Shown in pieces: positions 13,377 through 27,604 of a stretch of 64,000 nucleotides of DNA. Under the pieces are notes generated by a model. That model worked only from the letters and a program-made list of their open reading frames with translations. It was not told where the DNA came from and made no database searches. The position numbers were made by a program, and so were the translations under genes. The stretch's first letter is position 1. Every line of letters starts with the position of its first letter. Source of the DNA: Octopus sinensis (taxonomy: Eukaryota); NCBI RefSeq assembly GCF_006345805.1, contig NC_043010.1:53754001-53818000 (forward strand). Reading direction: 5' to 3'.

Positions 13377-15756
13377 GGTCTTGTGCTAAATATGAAACCA
13401 AATAATAGATTTTCACTGGAAACCTTTATCTGTTGCATCTAACCGTACCAGCTATCAAATAATTATACCAAACTAGTTTCTCAATTAAAATTCTATCCAA
13501 TATTAAAATTCCACAGGATTTATAGATTCTTCTAAAATAGTTATGAAATAAATTCTACAGCTGAAAGATCGTTCAGACTCAGGCACCTACTTTTCATTAA
13601 ACAACTAGTCACTTCTTTTCTTACTATTAAAAATATGAACTATAAAGACGATTTAATTTTATGATAATAAATTTAGTATATTATACGATTTTAAAGCATT
13701 TATAATTTTTTCAGTAAAGCAATCTAACACGTGAATACGAGATATTTGCCAGTGATATATCTTATTCAATATTTAGGCCATCTTTTACATAAACACATCT
13801 GACTTAAAAATTTTACATATACTCCGTTAAAATTCCACATATACAGCCTTAAATTTAGAAACTCCATTTAAAGGTGTAAAGTCATCTTGGTGAATGCATT
13901 TCTCATAACATCATAATCAGTAACTGATCTTATGTAATTCGAAATCTTTAGTGAAATGACCAAGACACTTTCTATATTCCATTTTTGACAAAAAGGTGAA
14001 CTGGTAAAGGTCTGTTGCTATATTTCTTCCTATATTAAGCCCGAAGTTAACTTTGTTTCCTGTTTCCTCTTTGATTCTTCTTCTTTCTTACTTTTCTATC
14101 TAGTAGCATTCGTTTTTCTTATCTCTTTTTTTTCCTTTCACGCAAAAATTATTCGAAAAATTGACACCAAAAAAATATATTTCTGTGTCTGTTGACTTAT
14201 TAATGTCGACTTTTTTTCTTCTCACGATTTCTCTAAGAAATGGTAAACACTGATGTTAATATATATCAAATACATAAATAAATACAAGAAAAATGTCTAT
14301 TTCATAAGTAAATTTTACAAACTTTCCATATTTAGAAGTATAACAGGAATAGCTCCTCCCACTTTTAAAGAGGTACAGAAAATTTTTATTAATTTTGTTT
14401 ATTTTCATTAATTTTCCTTCCAAATTAAATTTCCATCGATAATATCCTCATTTGGAATGCGATTGGTATATATTGCGAATTAAAAGATATAATTTTTAGA
14501 ATGCAATCATTTGTGTTCGAGTTTGAGGGGGGCTCTCTTGTATAAGTGCAGTAAACATTCGTATATATGTGCGCGTGTCCACTGTGTATATGTTTTTGTG
14601 TGTTTGTGTGTGTTTGTGTGTATACTTGTATACGGCGCATGGCCAAGTGGGTAGAGTGTTGTACACCCGATTGCGTTATCGTGTTTCAGTTTTCTAATAC
14701 TTGACAGTTTTCTAATACTTGACATTAATAGATCTTTTGCCGTCTTAACTGCAGTTTCAAACACAGTCTTTCGTAACGTATTTTCAACTTTGTCACCATT
14801 ATATTTTGCTTCCAGCAACACATCATTAAGTATGTTTGAACTGAATTAAATATCTGCTCATAAGTACCCTGAGATTATACTTGCTCCTTTAAGAAACCCA
14901 TATCACATTTCCATTTTGACATATAATCAAATTATATATATCATTAATACAAATTAACTCATAAACTTAATTTTGTGGTATTTCACCATTCCTAATATTC
15001 ATCTTGTACACTTCCTTATCATTTCCTGTCTTGCTCTTTCCAGTTCTATTATTTTTTGCAACACCTAACTTCTAATGGGGAATAAATCCCAGTCGTAGCC
15101 ATTACATATATGTTTATGATTACATATATTAAATGACATTGTTCTACCATCAACTGCTACTTCAGTGTAATTATCTAAACTTTTTCTGATCTCTTACTAC
15201 CGATCAATATAATATTCGAGTAGTCTTTTATCGACTATTAATATATTTTAAAATACTACCGTTGTCGTATGTACGATAGAAAATTACACTAAGGTTAATT
15301 TCAACTATCAGATTATCCGTTTCGGTTATAAAGTTCCAAAGTGCCGAAGGATATTCGCATTGTCATTTTCCGAAAATAGCAGATTGACAGAGGAGTCATG
15401 AAATAAATTGTTACTGTAAGATGAGGTGGAAATATAAAGTTGAATATGATGCTGGCGATGCTGATTTTGATGATGATGATGATGATGATGACAGCGGTGA
15501 CGGTGAGGATGATGGTCCTCATAAATGAAGACGATAGCGGGTAATGATGATGGCGATGACGAACACATAGGATGAAAGAGGTAACAGTGCAGAAACAGGT
15601 GGAAGACAAAATGAGGAAGAGGCAGAGAAGACGAAAAAGACGAAAAAGAAGTAGAGGGAGAAGAGAAAGGAGAAGATGGAGAAGAATGAGTAGGGGGAAG
15701 AGGATAAGAAGAAGATGATGATAATGAAAAAGATGAGCTCGAAGATGATCGTGTAT

Positions 15757-15782
15757 CATTATTATTATTGTTATTGTTATTA

Positions 15783-15874
<92 letters not shown>

Positions 15875-15944
15875 CATTATTATTATATTATTATTATTAA
15901 TATTATTATCATTATTATTATTATTATTATTAATATTATTATTA
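15757..15944. repeat. (ATT)n microsatellite
   Basis: Directly visible. Confidence 0.95.
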
Positions 15945-16469
15945 TTGAGTGAGAGAGCAGTACATGCCATCAAAGTGACACTGGGGTAAAATATACGAAG
16001 CCCAGCATACCCATCATGACTACCCGTCTGATAAGGGTACAGTAGGCACATGCATCACAATCAAATGCGCGCGACATAGTGATCTCATATCAAGATAAAC
16101 AGCACATGACCTTGCAGGTGGGGCCCAGTTAGAATTTTCTAGTCCCTGAATAAAGGTTGTTTAAGGATGTTGAATGAACCACCCATGTTTCCAATGGCGA
16201 ATTATCCAAACCTGCAAGAATCACTCCCAACACATGGCTATGATGCTCCCCACTACTTCTGCTCGTGATCAGATATGCACATATTGTCAGCGACTAAGGG
16301 ACATGCTCAACTGGTTAAGGTCTTACAACTGACAAGCAAATCTGTGGTATTGAGCAGAATATTTGCTGTAGCCCATCTTTTATACCAAGACAAAACAATG
16401 TACATGATAACGTTTCCAATCAGTTAAGATCAGCAGCCATGAGAGCCATTGCCTGGTACTGCATCAGGG

Positions 16470-16470
<1 letters not shown>
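15945..16470 (-). mobile_element. Non-coding element inserted in (TAA)n, probably mobilised by R4/Dong
   Basis: Flanked on both sides by (ATT)n. A partial second copy lies at ~16678-16810, and the shared tip ttgatggca.. + (TAA)n also appears at ~34905-34960. Confidence 0.6.
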
Positions 16471-16504
<34 letters not shown>

Positions 16505-16506
<2 letters not shown>

Positions 16507-16630
16507 AGCTTATTTTACTGGTATGATAGAAAGTGTCAGCTGTCCACAGCCAGCAGACTAAGGGGACACTCTTTTACTGGTCATGCTTGAAGATCTCAGC
16601 AAAGGATTCTTGCAGTTCCAAACAATGTTC
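16505..16630 (-). mobile_element. R4/Dong-type non-LTR retrotransposon 3' end
   Basis: The minus frame reads TLFGTARILC*DLQA*, matching the LLGTARILR C-terminal motif of the REL endonuclease. A short UTR and (TAA)n tail follow. Confidence 0.7.
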
Positions 16631-16631
16631 C

Positions 16632-16665
<34 letters not shown>

Positions 16666-17454
16666 TCATTATTATTTAATGAGAGAGAAACGAGTGCCAT
16701 CAAAGTGACACTGGTGTACAAATATACGAAGCCAAATATACCCGACACGACTGCCCGTCCAATAAGCGTGGACAGGAATCTGCATCACATCACAGTCATA
16801 TATAGGCAGACGATTCTAATAATGATTATGATGCTTATGTCGTTGAAGGCCGAAATGGAATTGAAAGAAAGATCTACAAAATGTATAGGAAACAGGAAGA
16901 AGAAGCAAGTATGGAGGCGTACAAAGCATAAAGAATTGCTTAGTAATCTATAGCATATATTACAAAATACAGAGGAAATACATACACTTAATAATTAGAT
17001 ACGTATCTAGCTAGAGAAATAACCAATCTAGTATTAGCGTTAGTTATATTACTCAAGTGGTAGTTGTTGTTGTTGTTATTGTTGTAATATGCCGGTAATA
17101 ACAACAACGTTGCTAATATTATAACTATTAATCTTAATAGCATTGTTAATGTTTTATTTTTCTGCTTACATTTTTGCTTTTTGCTTTTTGTTTTTATCTC
17201 GTTACCTGTTATGAACATGTGAAATTTACGAAAGTAGCACAGGATGGTTTTTAAGTTGAAATTTTTGAATTTCTGCATTACTCTCTGTTTTTCATTTTTC
17301 AAATACGTTCAACCAAAAGAAGACAAACATACTCTCGAAATATTGCTCCTTTGAATAAATAGTGTCAATCTATATTTTATTACGTATCATATCGCTCTAT
17401 TCTCATTAGGCATTTATTTTTTTTTTTGGAGTCGTACGTCAAGCTTCGTGTAAT

Positions 17455-17478
17455 ATAGTAATAATAATAATAATAATA

Positions 17479-17511
<33 letters not shown>

Positions 17512-17874
17512 TAATAATAATAATAATAATAATAATGATAATAATGATAATTTTAATAATAATAATAATAATGATATTTTAATAATAATAATAATGATAA
17601 TAATAATAATAATATAATATAATAATAATAATAATAATAATAAAATAATAATAATAATGATGATGATGTTAATAATAATAATGATAATTTTAATAATAAT
17701 AATAATAATAATAATTTTAATAATAATAATATAATGATAATAATAATAATAATAATAATGATAATAATAATATAATAATAATAATAATAATAATAATGAT
17801 GATAATAATAATAATGATGATAATAATAATATAATAATAATGATAATGATAATAATAATGATAACAATATAATA

Positions 17875-17905
<31 letters not shown>

Positions 17906-17919
17906 TAACAATAATAATA

Positions 17920-17959
<40 letters not shown>

Positions 17960-17970
17960 TATTATTATTA

Positions 17971-18008
<38 letters not shown>
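17455..18008. repeat. Long (AAT)n array switching to (ATT)n at 17958/17959
   Basis: Directly visible. Confidence 0.95.
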
Positions 18009-18009
<1 letters not shown>

Positions 18010-18267
18010 CCACTTCTTTCATTTTTCTTCCATTTCTTATATAGTGTCTTCCAGACGTCTAGCGCAAAGAAACTCATGTATACATAGGTAGACCATTACA
18101 ATAAACGTACAAGATTGTTCATGTACAACGTCACGTGATAGAAAAAGGGGAAGAGAGAAATTGAACTCAAAACGTATAGTCGGAAAATGCCACTAAACCT
18201 TTTTATCTGGTGAGATTACCATGTTGATGATACCGATAATGACTACTACTACTCTACTACTAGTACT

Positions 18268-18578
18268 TTTTTTTTATTTATGCGCCCTTTGCAAGCCTAG
18301 CCAGGCTCACGGGCCTGGTTCCCCGGTTTCTGTGGCGTATGTGTTTCCCCCCAGCTGGACGGGACGCCAATCCATCGTAGCGTTACTCAAGAAACAGGAA
18401 GAAAGATTGAGAGAAAGTTGGGGCGAAAGAGTACAACATGGGTCGTCACTACCTCCTGCCGGAGCCTCGTCGTGTTTTAGGTGTTTTCGCTCAATAAACA
18501 CACACGCGCCCGGTCTGGGAATCGAAAGCGCGATCTTCAGAGTCCGCTGCCCTAACCACTGGGCCATTGCACCTCCAC
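18268..18578 (-). mobile_element. SINE family B
   Basis: Reverse of gtggaggtgcaatggcccagtggttagggcagcgg...; A-rich tail; TSD tagtact. Confidence 0.9.
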
Positions 18579-19795
18579 TAGTACTACTTCTACAACTAAA
18601 ATTGATAATAGTAACAAGAATGAAATCTAAAAAGAAAAATTCAAAGGAAGAGACAAACAAACATTATAGAGTCGAAGTGGTGTCTCTGCTTGAGAATTGC
18701 GATTCTACAATGGAATTCTTTAAACGTAAACGTTTGCTTAAATAAAGAAATACAAACGAGTGGGAAAGTTGTTTAGTTTAATACATCCGCGAGCAAACTC
18801 AAACAGGTTGTGGCGGATTAGGACGAAAATCAAATGTCATCAAACCTGTTGAAAGACAATCTTATAGAAACAACATGAGAATGTTCTTGAGATAGCAAAG
18901 CGAATAGAAAGAAAGTTTTGATAATGTTTATTCTCCAAACAGGCTTCTGTAATTGTGGTTCTAAGACAGATTACAACACAAATGGTAAGAACGGAAGAGT
19001 CTTTCATTTTGAACAAATAATGATAGCGCCATTTTGGTGCCATGTATTATGACAGTAATTCAGGAAATGGTGAGAATAATTGTTATTTTATGGACAGTTT
19101 TATTGGAAGTGGATCTAGAAACAGAAGCGGAGAGTGAAGTCGAGTCGATATCATGGCTGTGTAGAGTATAAAAGTTGAACTGATCGTTTCCAGTAAACGG
19201 TGATGGACAACAACATATTAGATAAAGTGGTCCCCTGCAGCGTATCCTCTCGCTTCAAAGAATGGGGTTAACGACGTCTAGATGAGTGGTTTCTAAAACT
19301 GAGAAAAATGCGTCTAAATCTAACAAGTGAGGTATTGACTGGAGTGGCACTACGTCAGTTACGACGACGAGTGATTCAGTTGATACTATCAGCTTAACGG
19401 TATGCTCGTGAAATTAACGTGCAAGTGGCTAAGCGCTCCACAGACACGCAATTTTCAAGGAGATTCATTGTAATAGAGAACGGTTACTGGTACAAGTAAT
19501 TTTTGCCAGCTGGGTAAACTAGAGTAACATTAAATAAATCGCCTTGCTCAGGGGCACAACTCGCCACCAGGAATCGGACTCATGACCTTAGCATCGTGAG
19601 CTGAATACCCTAGCCACTAACACATGCATGAGGCATTGGCAGTGTGCTAGAACGCTAGATAATATAGCGTGCTAAGGTCACTTTTCATGTTATCTTTCTG
19701 AGCGCGATAAAAAATGCACCAACATAGAGCGGCAGGCCGGTGGAACTGTCAAAACGTGAGACCCCCCAGCACACCCCACCACGACATGCCAACTT

Positions 19796-20189
19796 ATTTC
19801 TTTACTGCCCACAGGGGGCTACACACAGAGGGCACAAAGAAGGACAGACAAACGGATTAAGTCGATTACATCGACCCCAGTGCGTAACTGGTACTTATTT
19901 AATCGATCCCGGCGGAATTTGAACTCAGAACGTAGCGGCAGACGAAACACCTATTTCTTTACTACCCACAAGGGGCTAAACACCGAGAGGACAAACAAGT
20001 ACAGACAAACGGATTAAGTCGATTACACCGATCCCAGTGCGTAATTGGTACCTATTTAATCGACCCCGAAAGGATGAAAGGCAAAGTCGACCTCGGCGGA
20101 ATCTGATCTCAGAACGTAGCGGCAGACGAAATACCGCTAAGAATTTTGCCCGGTGTGCTAACGTTTCTGCCAGCTCGCTGCTATAGTCA
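19796..20189 (-). mobile_element. SINE family A with an internally duplicated body
   Basis: Two core and tail units. 12-bp TSD acatgccaactt at 19784-19795 and 20190-20201. Confidence 0.9.
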
Positions 20190-20862
20190 ACATGCCAACT
20201 TGGTCGTGTGGACTTAACCTCTCGCTCGTTCTAAGACCGACTCATAATCCTTAGTTGTCTCTAACAGAGACCACTCTGGCGCCAGAAGTCTCAGATTTGA
20301 GGATACCTTCCAACCCCTTTATACACACGTGAAAGAGGCTTTAGAAGGAACATAGGTATTGCCTTCTTTACTGGATAAAAAATAAAATGGAAAATATTAT
20401 TGCAATATCGTTTTGTCTTCATTTTTATTAATGAGAAAACAAATTGGAAATTACATCTAGACAATTCTTCCCTGTTTGTCATAATTTTATCAGATTTCTC
20501 CTCTTGAGTGTGGAGAGCACGTCGCATGTGAATAAGTAGATTAGAATACGGCTGACCATTTGATCAGGACTGTTCGATATCATGTTTGTTCTAAAACAAT
20601 TGTTGCATCACTAACAAAACACCACCACCACCATATAAGTTGATAGTAAACACATACCGTTTCGAAGTTACAGTTCGCTATCACAATTTTTAATCAAAGT
20701 AGAGGTACAGTAACATCTACCTAATAACTGAATGAGCCAGCCACAGTCGCCATACTCTCCAATAATGAAAAAAAATGAAGACGATTCATTAACTTACAGT
20801 ATCCAAGATAGTCAATGACAACTGAAACGTGATAATTTTGCGTCTTACCCGCAGATATATAT

Positions 20863-20894
<32 letters not shown>

Positions 20895-21506
20895 ATATAT
20901 ATATATACTATCACACTACCTGCTTTTTCTTTTCATTATGACACCAGAAGTGGATTTGAGTGAAATGTGGTTCTTATTTTTCGTAGATTAAATGTTTAGT
21001 TAGAGGTCTTCTCACCGGATTAAAAGTAATGTTAACAAATGCTGGTGGAGTTTAACAATTTCAAAGTATAAGCGACGGGTATTCAATATATTCGAACGAT
21101 TGTCAACGCCCTTTGCTAATATTTGTTTGCTGCATGTCTCTACAAGAAGTCAAGTTAATATTCTCATAGCGTTAAAGTGACGTGCTGGCTGTATCGTTGG
21201 TACCATGGGTAAAATGGTTAGCGGCATTTCATCCATCCATACGTTCTGAGTTCCAATTTTTCATTGGCCGACTTTCTCTGTCATTCTTTCGGGTTCGATT
21301 TAAATAAGTACCAGTTGAATACTGTGGATGGTGTAACCGAACAACCCCCAAATTGCCGGTTTTGTGCAAACATTTACAACCAATATGCTATCCAGGATTC
21401 GATTAGATTATACTACTACTACTACTACTACTACTACTACAACACACGTATACAAATATTTAAGGATTTATAATCATACATATTTATGTTTGTGTGTGTA
21501 TATATA

Positions 21507-21546
<40 letters not shown>

Positions 21547-21604
21547 TACACACACATATTATACGTTCTTATACACATATGTATATTTATATGTACGTAT
21601 GTAT

Positions 21605-21643
<39 letters not shown>

Positions 21644-22397
21644 GCACACAAAAGCACATATATATTCAGATTTGGACAACGTGTTCTGCAAGCTTACCAC
21701 CTCAGCCATTTACTATACTATCACAAACTTGCAGATCTGATTTATAATTTCTCGTAAAAACTCCCCTCCTCTATCATCATTCATCCCAACCAAACATTGA
21801 TCTTACGTGACTCTCTCTATATATTTCAAATTCAACAGCGGATGTGTTGCATGAAAGGGGATTTCCTCTACTGAAATTGGATTCCTGTCTACATCTGATA
21901 GTTTCCGTTGAGTGTCTGCCTTAATTACGGTCGCTCTTCTTGCTGCTGTTAGCTTTGTCAATGTCACTTATTGCAACGACCGCTGTTATCGTTGTTGTTA
22001 CTTTCGCTGTTGATGTATTCGTTAATTTTCTTGTTGATTTTTGATGAATGTTGCTCTTATTATAAATAATATTTATGCTCCTCCTGACTATTACTCTGAT
22101 GGTGTTATTTCTTCTTTTTACGTTTGTCATTGTTTTGTATAATTTTTTTCCAATCGTTCATCATAGAATTATAGCGTCTGGAAGCCTCGATATCATTTTT
22201 CTGTTATGCTTCTTTCTTTTCTTTTCAGGATGATGCTTCAGTGCTATTTTTATATGATGAGATATTATAGAAACACTATACAAAACTATACTAATATCTC
22301 CAAATATTTCAGCATCATTTACTAACCGCTTCTTAGTGTGAATGAAAGACGATTCTTTTGTCCGTTCGTACCTCACTATATCTCTGGTAAATTGTGG

Positions 22398-22709
22398 AAT
22401 TTCAACCGTGTTTCGTGGTCTGCTACCACAACAGCTCCTTTATAGGATCCAGTTAGCTCAAGACATCATCAGGAGGAACCACGACCTGTTTCGGCCCCTA
22501 CTCCTCTACCGTTTTGACGTGACAGCCACCCCCTTTTCGGAGGTGTCTTCAGCTCTGGTGTTGGGTGCATGTCTTCTTTCTTCTGTTCCCTGGCCTCTTC
22601 GATGTAGCGTCAACGAGTGTCAGCGGGCGACTGACTGACTTGTCAAATTTTTCCCCTTTAAATACCTGCTGCTAGGCTCCAGTAGGTAGCACCAGCAGCA
22701 GGTATTTAA
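22398..22709 (-). mobile_element. Putative PLE-derived element with two degenerate hammerhead-like motifs and a terminal 16-bp inverted repeat
   Basis: The minus strand has CTGAAGA...GAAACAGGTC and CTGATGA...GAAACACGGTT. The inverted repeat is ttaaatacctgctgct/agcagcaggtatttaa (22658-22709). Confidence 0.45.
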
Positions 22710-22732
22710 TATAATATTTCAGTAGTCAATAA

Positions 22733-22952
22733 GACGGCGCGCTGGCAGAATCGGAAACACGCGGTGCTAAACGCATAGCAGGATTTCGTCCGTCTTCATA
22801 TTTTGAATTCAAACTACACCAATGTCGTCTTTGCCTTCCATAATATCGAAGTCTGTAAAAATATGTAGCGGTTGAGTACTGGGATCGATGTGACCGACTT
22901 ACTCACTCCTCGAAGGTACTGGGTTTGTGCCACAATTTGAAACCAATAAATA
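22733..22952 (+). mobile_element. Degenerate SINE family A
   Basis: Starts ggcgcgctggcagaatcg; TSD agtagtcaataa at 22721-22732 and 22953-22964. Confidence 0.8.
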
Positions 22953-24289
22953 AGTAGTCAATAACTATATGGAATACCGCGAATAGTATTACTTCCACGA
23001 TGAATACATATTTCTTGAGATTATCTGCGCATCAGATAATACTTACGGTATGACTAGTGGATGATCTTTCTGCAATAAGAAAGACTACATCCAGATGTTA
23101 GTTATGCAAATAATAGGAAACAAATTGTCAGTAATCCCTGTACGACAGTCACCGTCTCATAACAATAATGTTCTATCAGTTTTTGTTTTCTATGTTTTTT
23201 TTTTTTGCATTTATAGTCAGAGTAAATGTGACGACATCACATGCGGTATTTGTTCCGACTCTCTGAACACTGGGATCATAACATCGCTGAGGTCAACTTT
23301 GTACTTCATTTTTTCCAGGTCGATATAAATATACTGCAGAAGAGTAATTTGGCGATACCTTTAAAGACTTGGGTGATATATCTTGTAGTATCAGTCTAGG
23401 CCCGATCATTTCTGGTATCGCCCTTTTCCACAACAAGGTAAAGTTCATGCGAGAGGTGTTGCCTGTACTTTGATCAAAATTAGTAAAAGACAGGAAAGAA
23501 ACTTTCGTGCATGAACAGCTACCAGTTAGCAATAAAACATCCTTGTCCAGGCCTACGTATAACCAAAACGTTCCATCCAAATGGACGCTGTTCCCTTGCT
23601 TTTTACAAAATGGCTGCCAGCTTACAAACACTCGACGTTACTGTCTTACACCGCATACACTACCCAAAATTCGTACTCAGTTTCAACATCTAGAACCTTC
23701 AAAATTGGACATAAAAATCATTTCTAACATTCCATTCCTTCCTCTTATTTCCAAACGACACAACCCATATTTTAGTATATCGTTTAAATTTGTTTCTTAA
23801 AACTCTTTCAAAATTAACTCGTATTTCCAACCGTATTCAAGTACAAATAGCCTCAATGCTATAAAATGCATGTCTTTTCCTTTAAAATTTTCGTTATTAG
23901 TTTTACAGCACTTACTAGCCTCCATGGCATTTCTGCTTTTGATGTTTTCTTTATTCAGACTCAATTCCATCGATATTTATCGGAACTATAGTCAAAGTCA
24001 ATAATTCACCCGTGATAATCCCGTCGGCGATCAAGGCTCTCCATGCTGCCAAGATCTAATGTTTCAATAATTCATTGGATCTTTCCTTTGCCTTTTGTTA
24101 GCTTATTTGCAGTTTACTCTGTTAGTCTCTTGATTTCCTGATTGTAAACTTCAGCCACGGTTCCTATTTAGCTAGAGGCAAACGAACTGATTCACCTGAT
24201 ATGATATAACTGTACACCTACAAGGATACATACAACGAAATAACCTAAAAAGAGGAAAAGAAAATGTTCTTCCTGGCCATACATAACTT

Positions 24290-24629
24290 TATGTATGTAT
24301 GTATGTATGTATGTATGTATGTATGTATGCACGCATGCATGCATGTATGTATGTATGTATGTATGTATGTATGTATGTATGTATGTATGTATGTATGTAT
24401 ATATGTACGTATGTATGTATGTATGTATGTATGTATGTATGTATGTATGTATATATGTACGTATGTATGTATGTATGTATGTATGTATGTATGTATGTAT
24501 GTATGCACGCATGCATGCATGTATGTATGTATGTATGTATGTATGTATGCATGTATGTGTGTATATATGTGTGTATGTATGTATGTATGTAAGTATGTAT
24601 GTATGTATGTATGTATGTATATGTGTGTA
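24290..24629. repeat. (ATGT)n microsatellite
   Basis: Directly visible. Confidence 0.95.
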
Positions 24630-25294
24630 TGAGGCCAAAACTGAATACATAAACAAGTGCCTGTCCAACAGTGATTGCATCATCCATACTCTCAACAATG
24701 CGCCCTTAAATATGGTTTCTGATTACAAATATCTTGGATCATACGTATCATCATCTGGAAAAGACTTTCTATCTAGAAAGGGTATGGCCTGGTCAGCCTG
24801 TAATGACATGCATAAGATCTGGTCATCAAATCTAAGTAGAGACTTCAAACTAAGTAGAAATCTTCAAAGCCACAGTCGAACCAATTCTACTATATGGCTC
24901 AGAAACCTGGACGTTATCAAAGAAGCTTGAGAGGCGGTTGAATGGAAACTACACTCGCCTCCTTATGAGAGCTCAAAATCTCTCGTGGAGGCGCCATCCA
25001 ACCAAAATGCAAATATATGGGAAACTATCACCTGTGTCATCTCTTGTGAAAGGTAGGAGAGTCCAGTTTGCTGGACATTGTTGTAGAGCTGAAGAAGAAG
25101 TAATTTCTACTCTTCTCCTCTGGAAGCCATCTACTCGCAATGCCAGAGGGCGCACACTCTCCTACCCTGATGTAATCTCCAGCGATACAGGCATCCACCA
25201 ACAGGACCTCCGTAATGCCATGATGGACCGTGAAGTCTGGCGTAGCATGGTAAATTCCATTGTCTCGACCACGGTCGAACAATGATGATGATGA
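24630..25294 (+). mobile_element. 5'-truncated RTE-clade LINE (RT C-terminus with (TGA)n tail)
   Basis: AKTEYIN...VSDYKYLGSYV...AWSACNDMHKIWSS, a frameshift to VEPILLYGSETWT, then QFAGHCCR...MMDREVWR. Stop at 25285 followed by tgatgatgat. Confidence 0.9.
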
Positions 25295-25307
25295 TATGTG
25301 TGTGAGT

Positions 25308-25376
25308 ATGCCAGGCTGAAAAAGAGAGTCCAGAAGAACAGAAAACTGACTACAAACACTAATATCTATATGCATG

Positions 25377-25412
<36 letters not shown>

Positions 25413-25800
25413 TGTATGTATGTATGTATGTATGTATGTATGTATATGTATGTATGTATGTGTGTGTGTGTGCATGTATGTATGCATGCATGAATGTGTA
25501 TGCGTGTGTATGTGTGTGTGTGTGTGTGTGCGTGCCATGCTGAAGAAGACAATCTCGAAGAATAGAAAACTGACTACAAACACTAATATTGCGTCCTTAG
25601 CACACTACAGTAGCGAGAAATGGAGCGTCTACTCCAGACAGAAAGGACATATCAACGGCTTCTACCTACGTGGACTGAGACGCATCGTCGATATCAACCA
25701 AGGGACCCGACCGAATCAGCACCACTGAAGTCCTCAACCACGCCAAGATACCCAACATGTTCACCCTGCTCGAACAGAGCCGTCTTGTCTAGCTTGGTCG
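25308..25800 (+). mobile_element. Decayed RTE/BovB-like LINE fragment interrupted by a microsatellite
   Basis: ARLKKRV..NRKLTTNT, CVLSTL, SEKWSVYSRQKGHINGFYLRGLRRI. Confidence 0.75.
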
Positions 25801-26264
25801 CGTATTTGATATATTTGTACACACACACACACACACACCACACACACACACACAAACATTCGGTTTACAGGTTACAATACATTTCGATATTTGATACAAC
25901 TGAGATGCATAAAATACTTTTGAATAAAATATTTACCAACTGATTCTCGACAAAAGCAATAAGCGGAAGATATCCAGATACGTAATTCTTATACGGAATG
26001 AAATTCTTTCAAAGAAAATTGATTTTTTAAAAAGATTTCTTTCTTCTGTCTGACGTAAATACCACTAACAACGTCAGTGTTATCGGACTCTATGTCACCG
26101 CAGTTTCTAAAGAGAGAACCATTATGTTGCTTCCTGTATATAGATAACCTGAATCAATATTGAAGATATGTCAACTAATTGGAGATATCTCTCACAGAAA
26201 ACAGAATTTCCGAATCATAAATTTCCATACATACACTCACAACCACACAAATATATGTAAATTT

Positions 26265-26326
<62 letters not shown>

Positions 26327-27185
26327 TATATATACTTATATACTTATATATATATTATATGTATATATATATATATATGTATGTATGTATATATATATAT
26401 ATATATTATGCATATATGTATATGCTTTGTACTTTGTATTCAGGTATTTTAGGAAGTGAAACTAACATGATTAAAATCAACAAGGCGGCAACAATGGCAT
26501 TGGAAATGGTCAGAGAAACTGAGAGAAATTAATAACGATATCACTGCAATCACACACTATTGACAAAAGCCTAGGCGCATGTAGTGCTACACAATTAAAA
26601 GGATATGATTGCCGTGGTTGTAACAATTTGATCATGGCTCTACTAAATCAGGGTCGATCGATGACGACCAAATAAATGCATATGTAATGAGATCGCATGC
26701 AAATATAATCGGACATTACATTAGAACATTCATACACGCATGCATACACCCATATACACGCAAATACTCAGACAGCGACAGATCCAGGGGTTGAACGGAC
26801 AATATGATAGAAACATATTGTTAAATGGAAATTTTATTTTCCAATTCGGTGTTGGTTCTTCACAGCTTTAATACGCTGAGGAATTGACTCTGTACAGGTT
26901 CTGAAAGTTTGTTACGGTATTTGGAAACATTCTCCAAGTAAAGTGTGTTTTAGTTCCATCAGAGGCGATATTGAGTGTACGCAGATCTTCACCTGCTACT
27001 TCAAAATACGCGATAAATATTTGATTATATTGAAAACCGGTGATCATGGAGAATGGGCGGGTGGTAATATCCTCCATTTCACTTATGTGTACTTCGTTCC
27101 AAATTTGAATAACACTAGGCATATGAATCGACGTATTTTCAGGATTACTCAACTACCAGGGAACAATATTTGTACCATAGAATAG

Positions 27186-27604
27186 GGCGGCGAGCTGGCA
27201 GAAACGTTAGCACGCTGAGCGAATAGTATTTCGTCTTTCGCTACGTTCTGAGTTCAAATTCCGCCGAGGTTGACTTCGCTTTTTATCCGTTCGGGGTCTA
27301 TTAGATAAGTACTAGTTACGCACTGGGGTCGATGTAATCAACTTAATCCATTTTTCTGTCCTTGTTTATCCCCGCTATGTTTACCCCCTTGAGGGCAATA
27401 AAGAAATAAGAAACGTTAGCACGTCGGGCGCAATGCTTAGTGGTATTTCGTCTGCCTTTACGTTCTGAGTTCAAATTCCCCCGAGGTCGACTTTGCATTT
27501 CATCCTTCCGAGATTGATGAATTAAGTACCAGTTGCATACTGGGGTCGCTCTAATCGACTGTCCCCCTCCTCAAATATTAGGGGCCTTGTAGATTAGAAA
27601 AGAA
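27186..27604 (+). mobile_element. SINE family A dimer
   Basis: ggcggcgagctggcagaaacgttagcac, with a second unit starting at ~27410. Confidence 0.9.

Noticed and set aside
15313-16051. 241-aa and 148-aa minus-strand ORFs with poly-N/S/H
   Set aside because: They are built from trinucleotide repeats plus a repeat element, with no domain or splice support.
26868-27185. Overlapping 94-aa and 80-aa ORFs as a host exon
   Set aside because: No recognisable domain or splice context; possibly decayed LINE.
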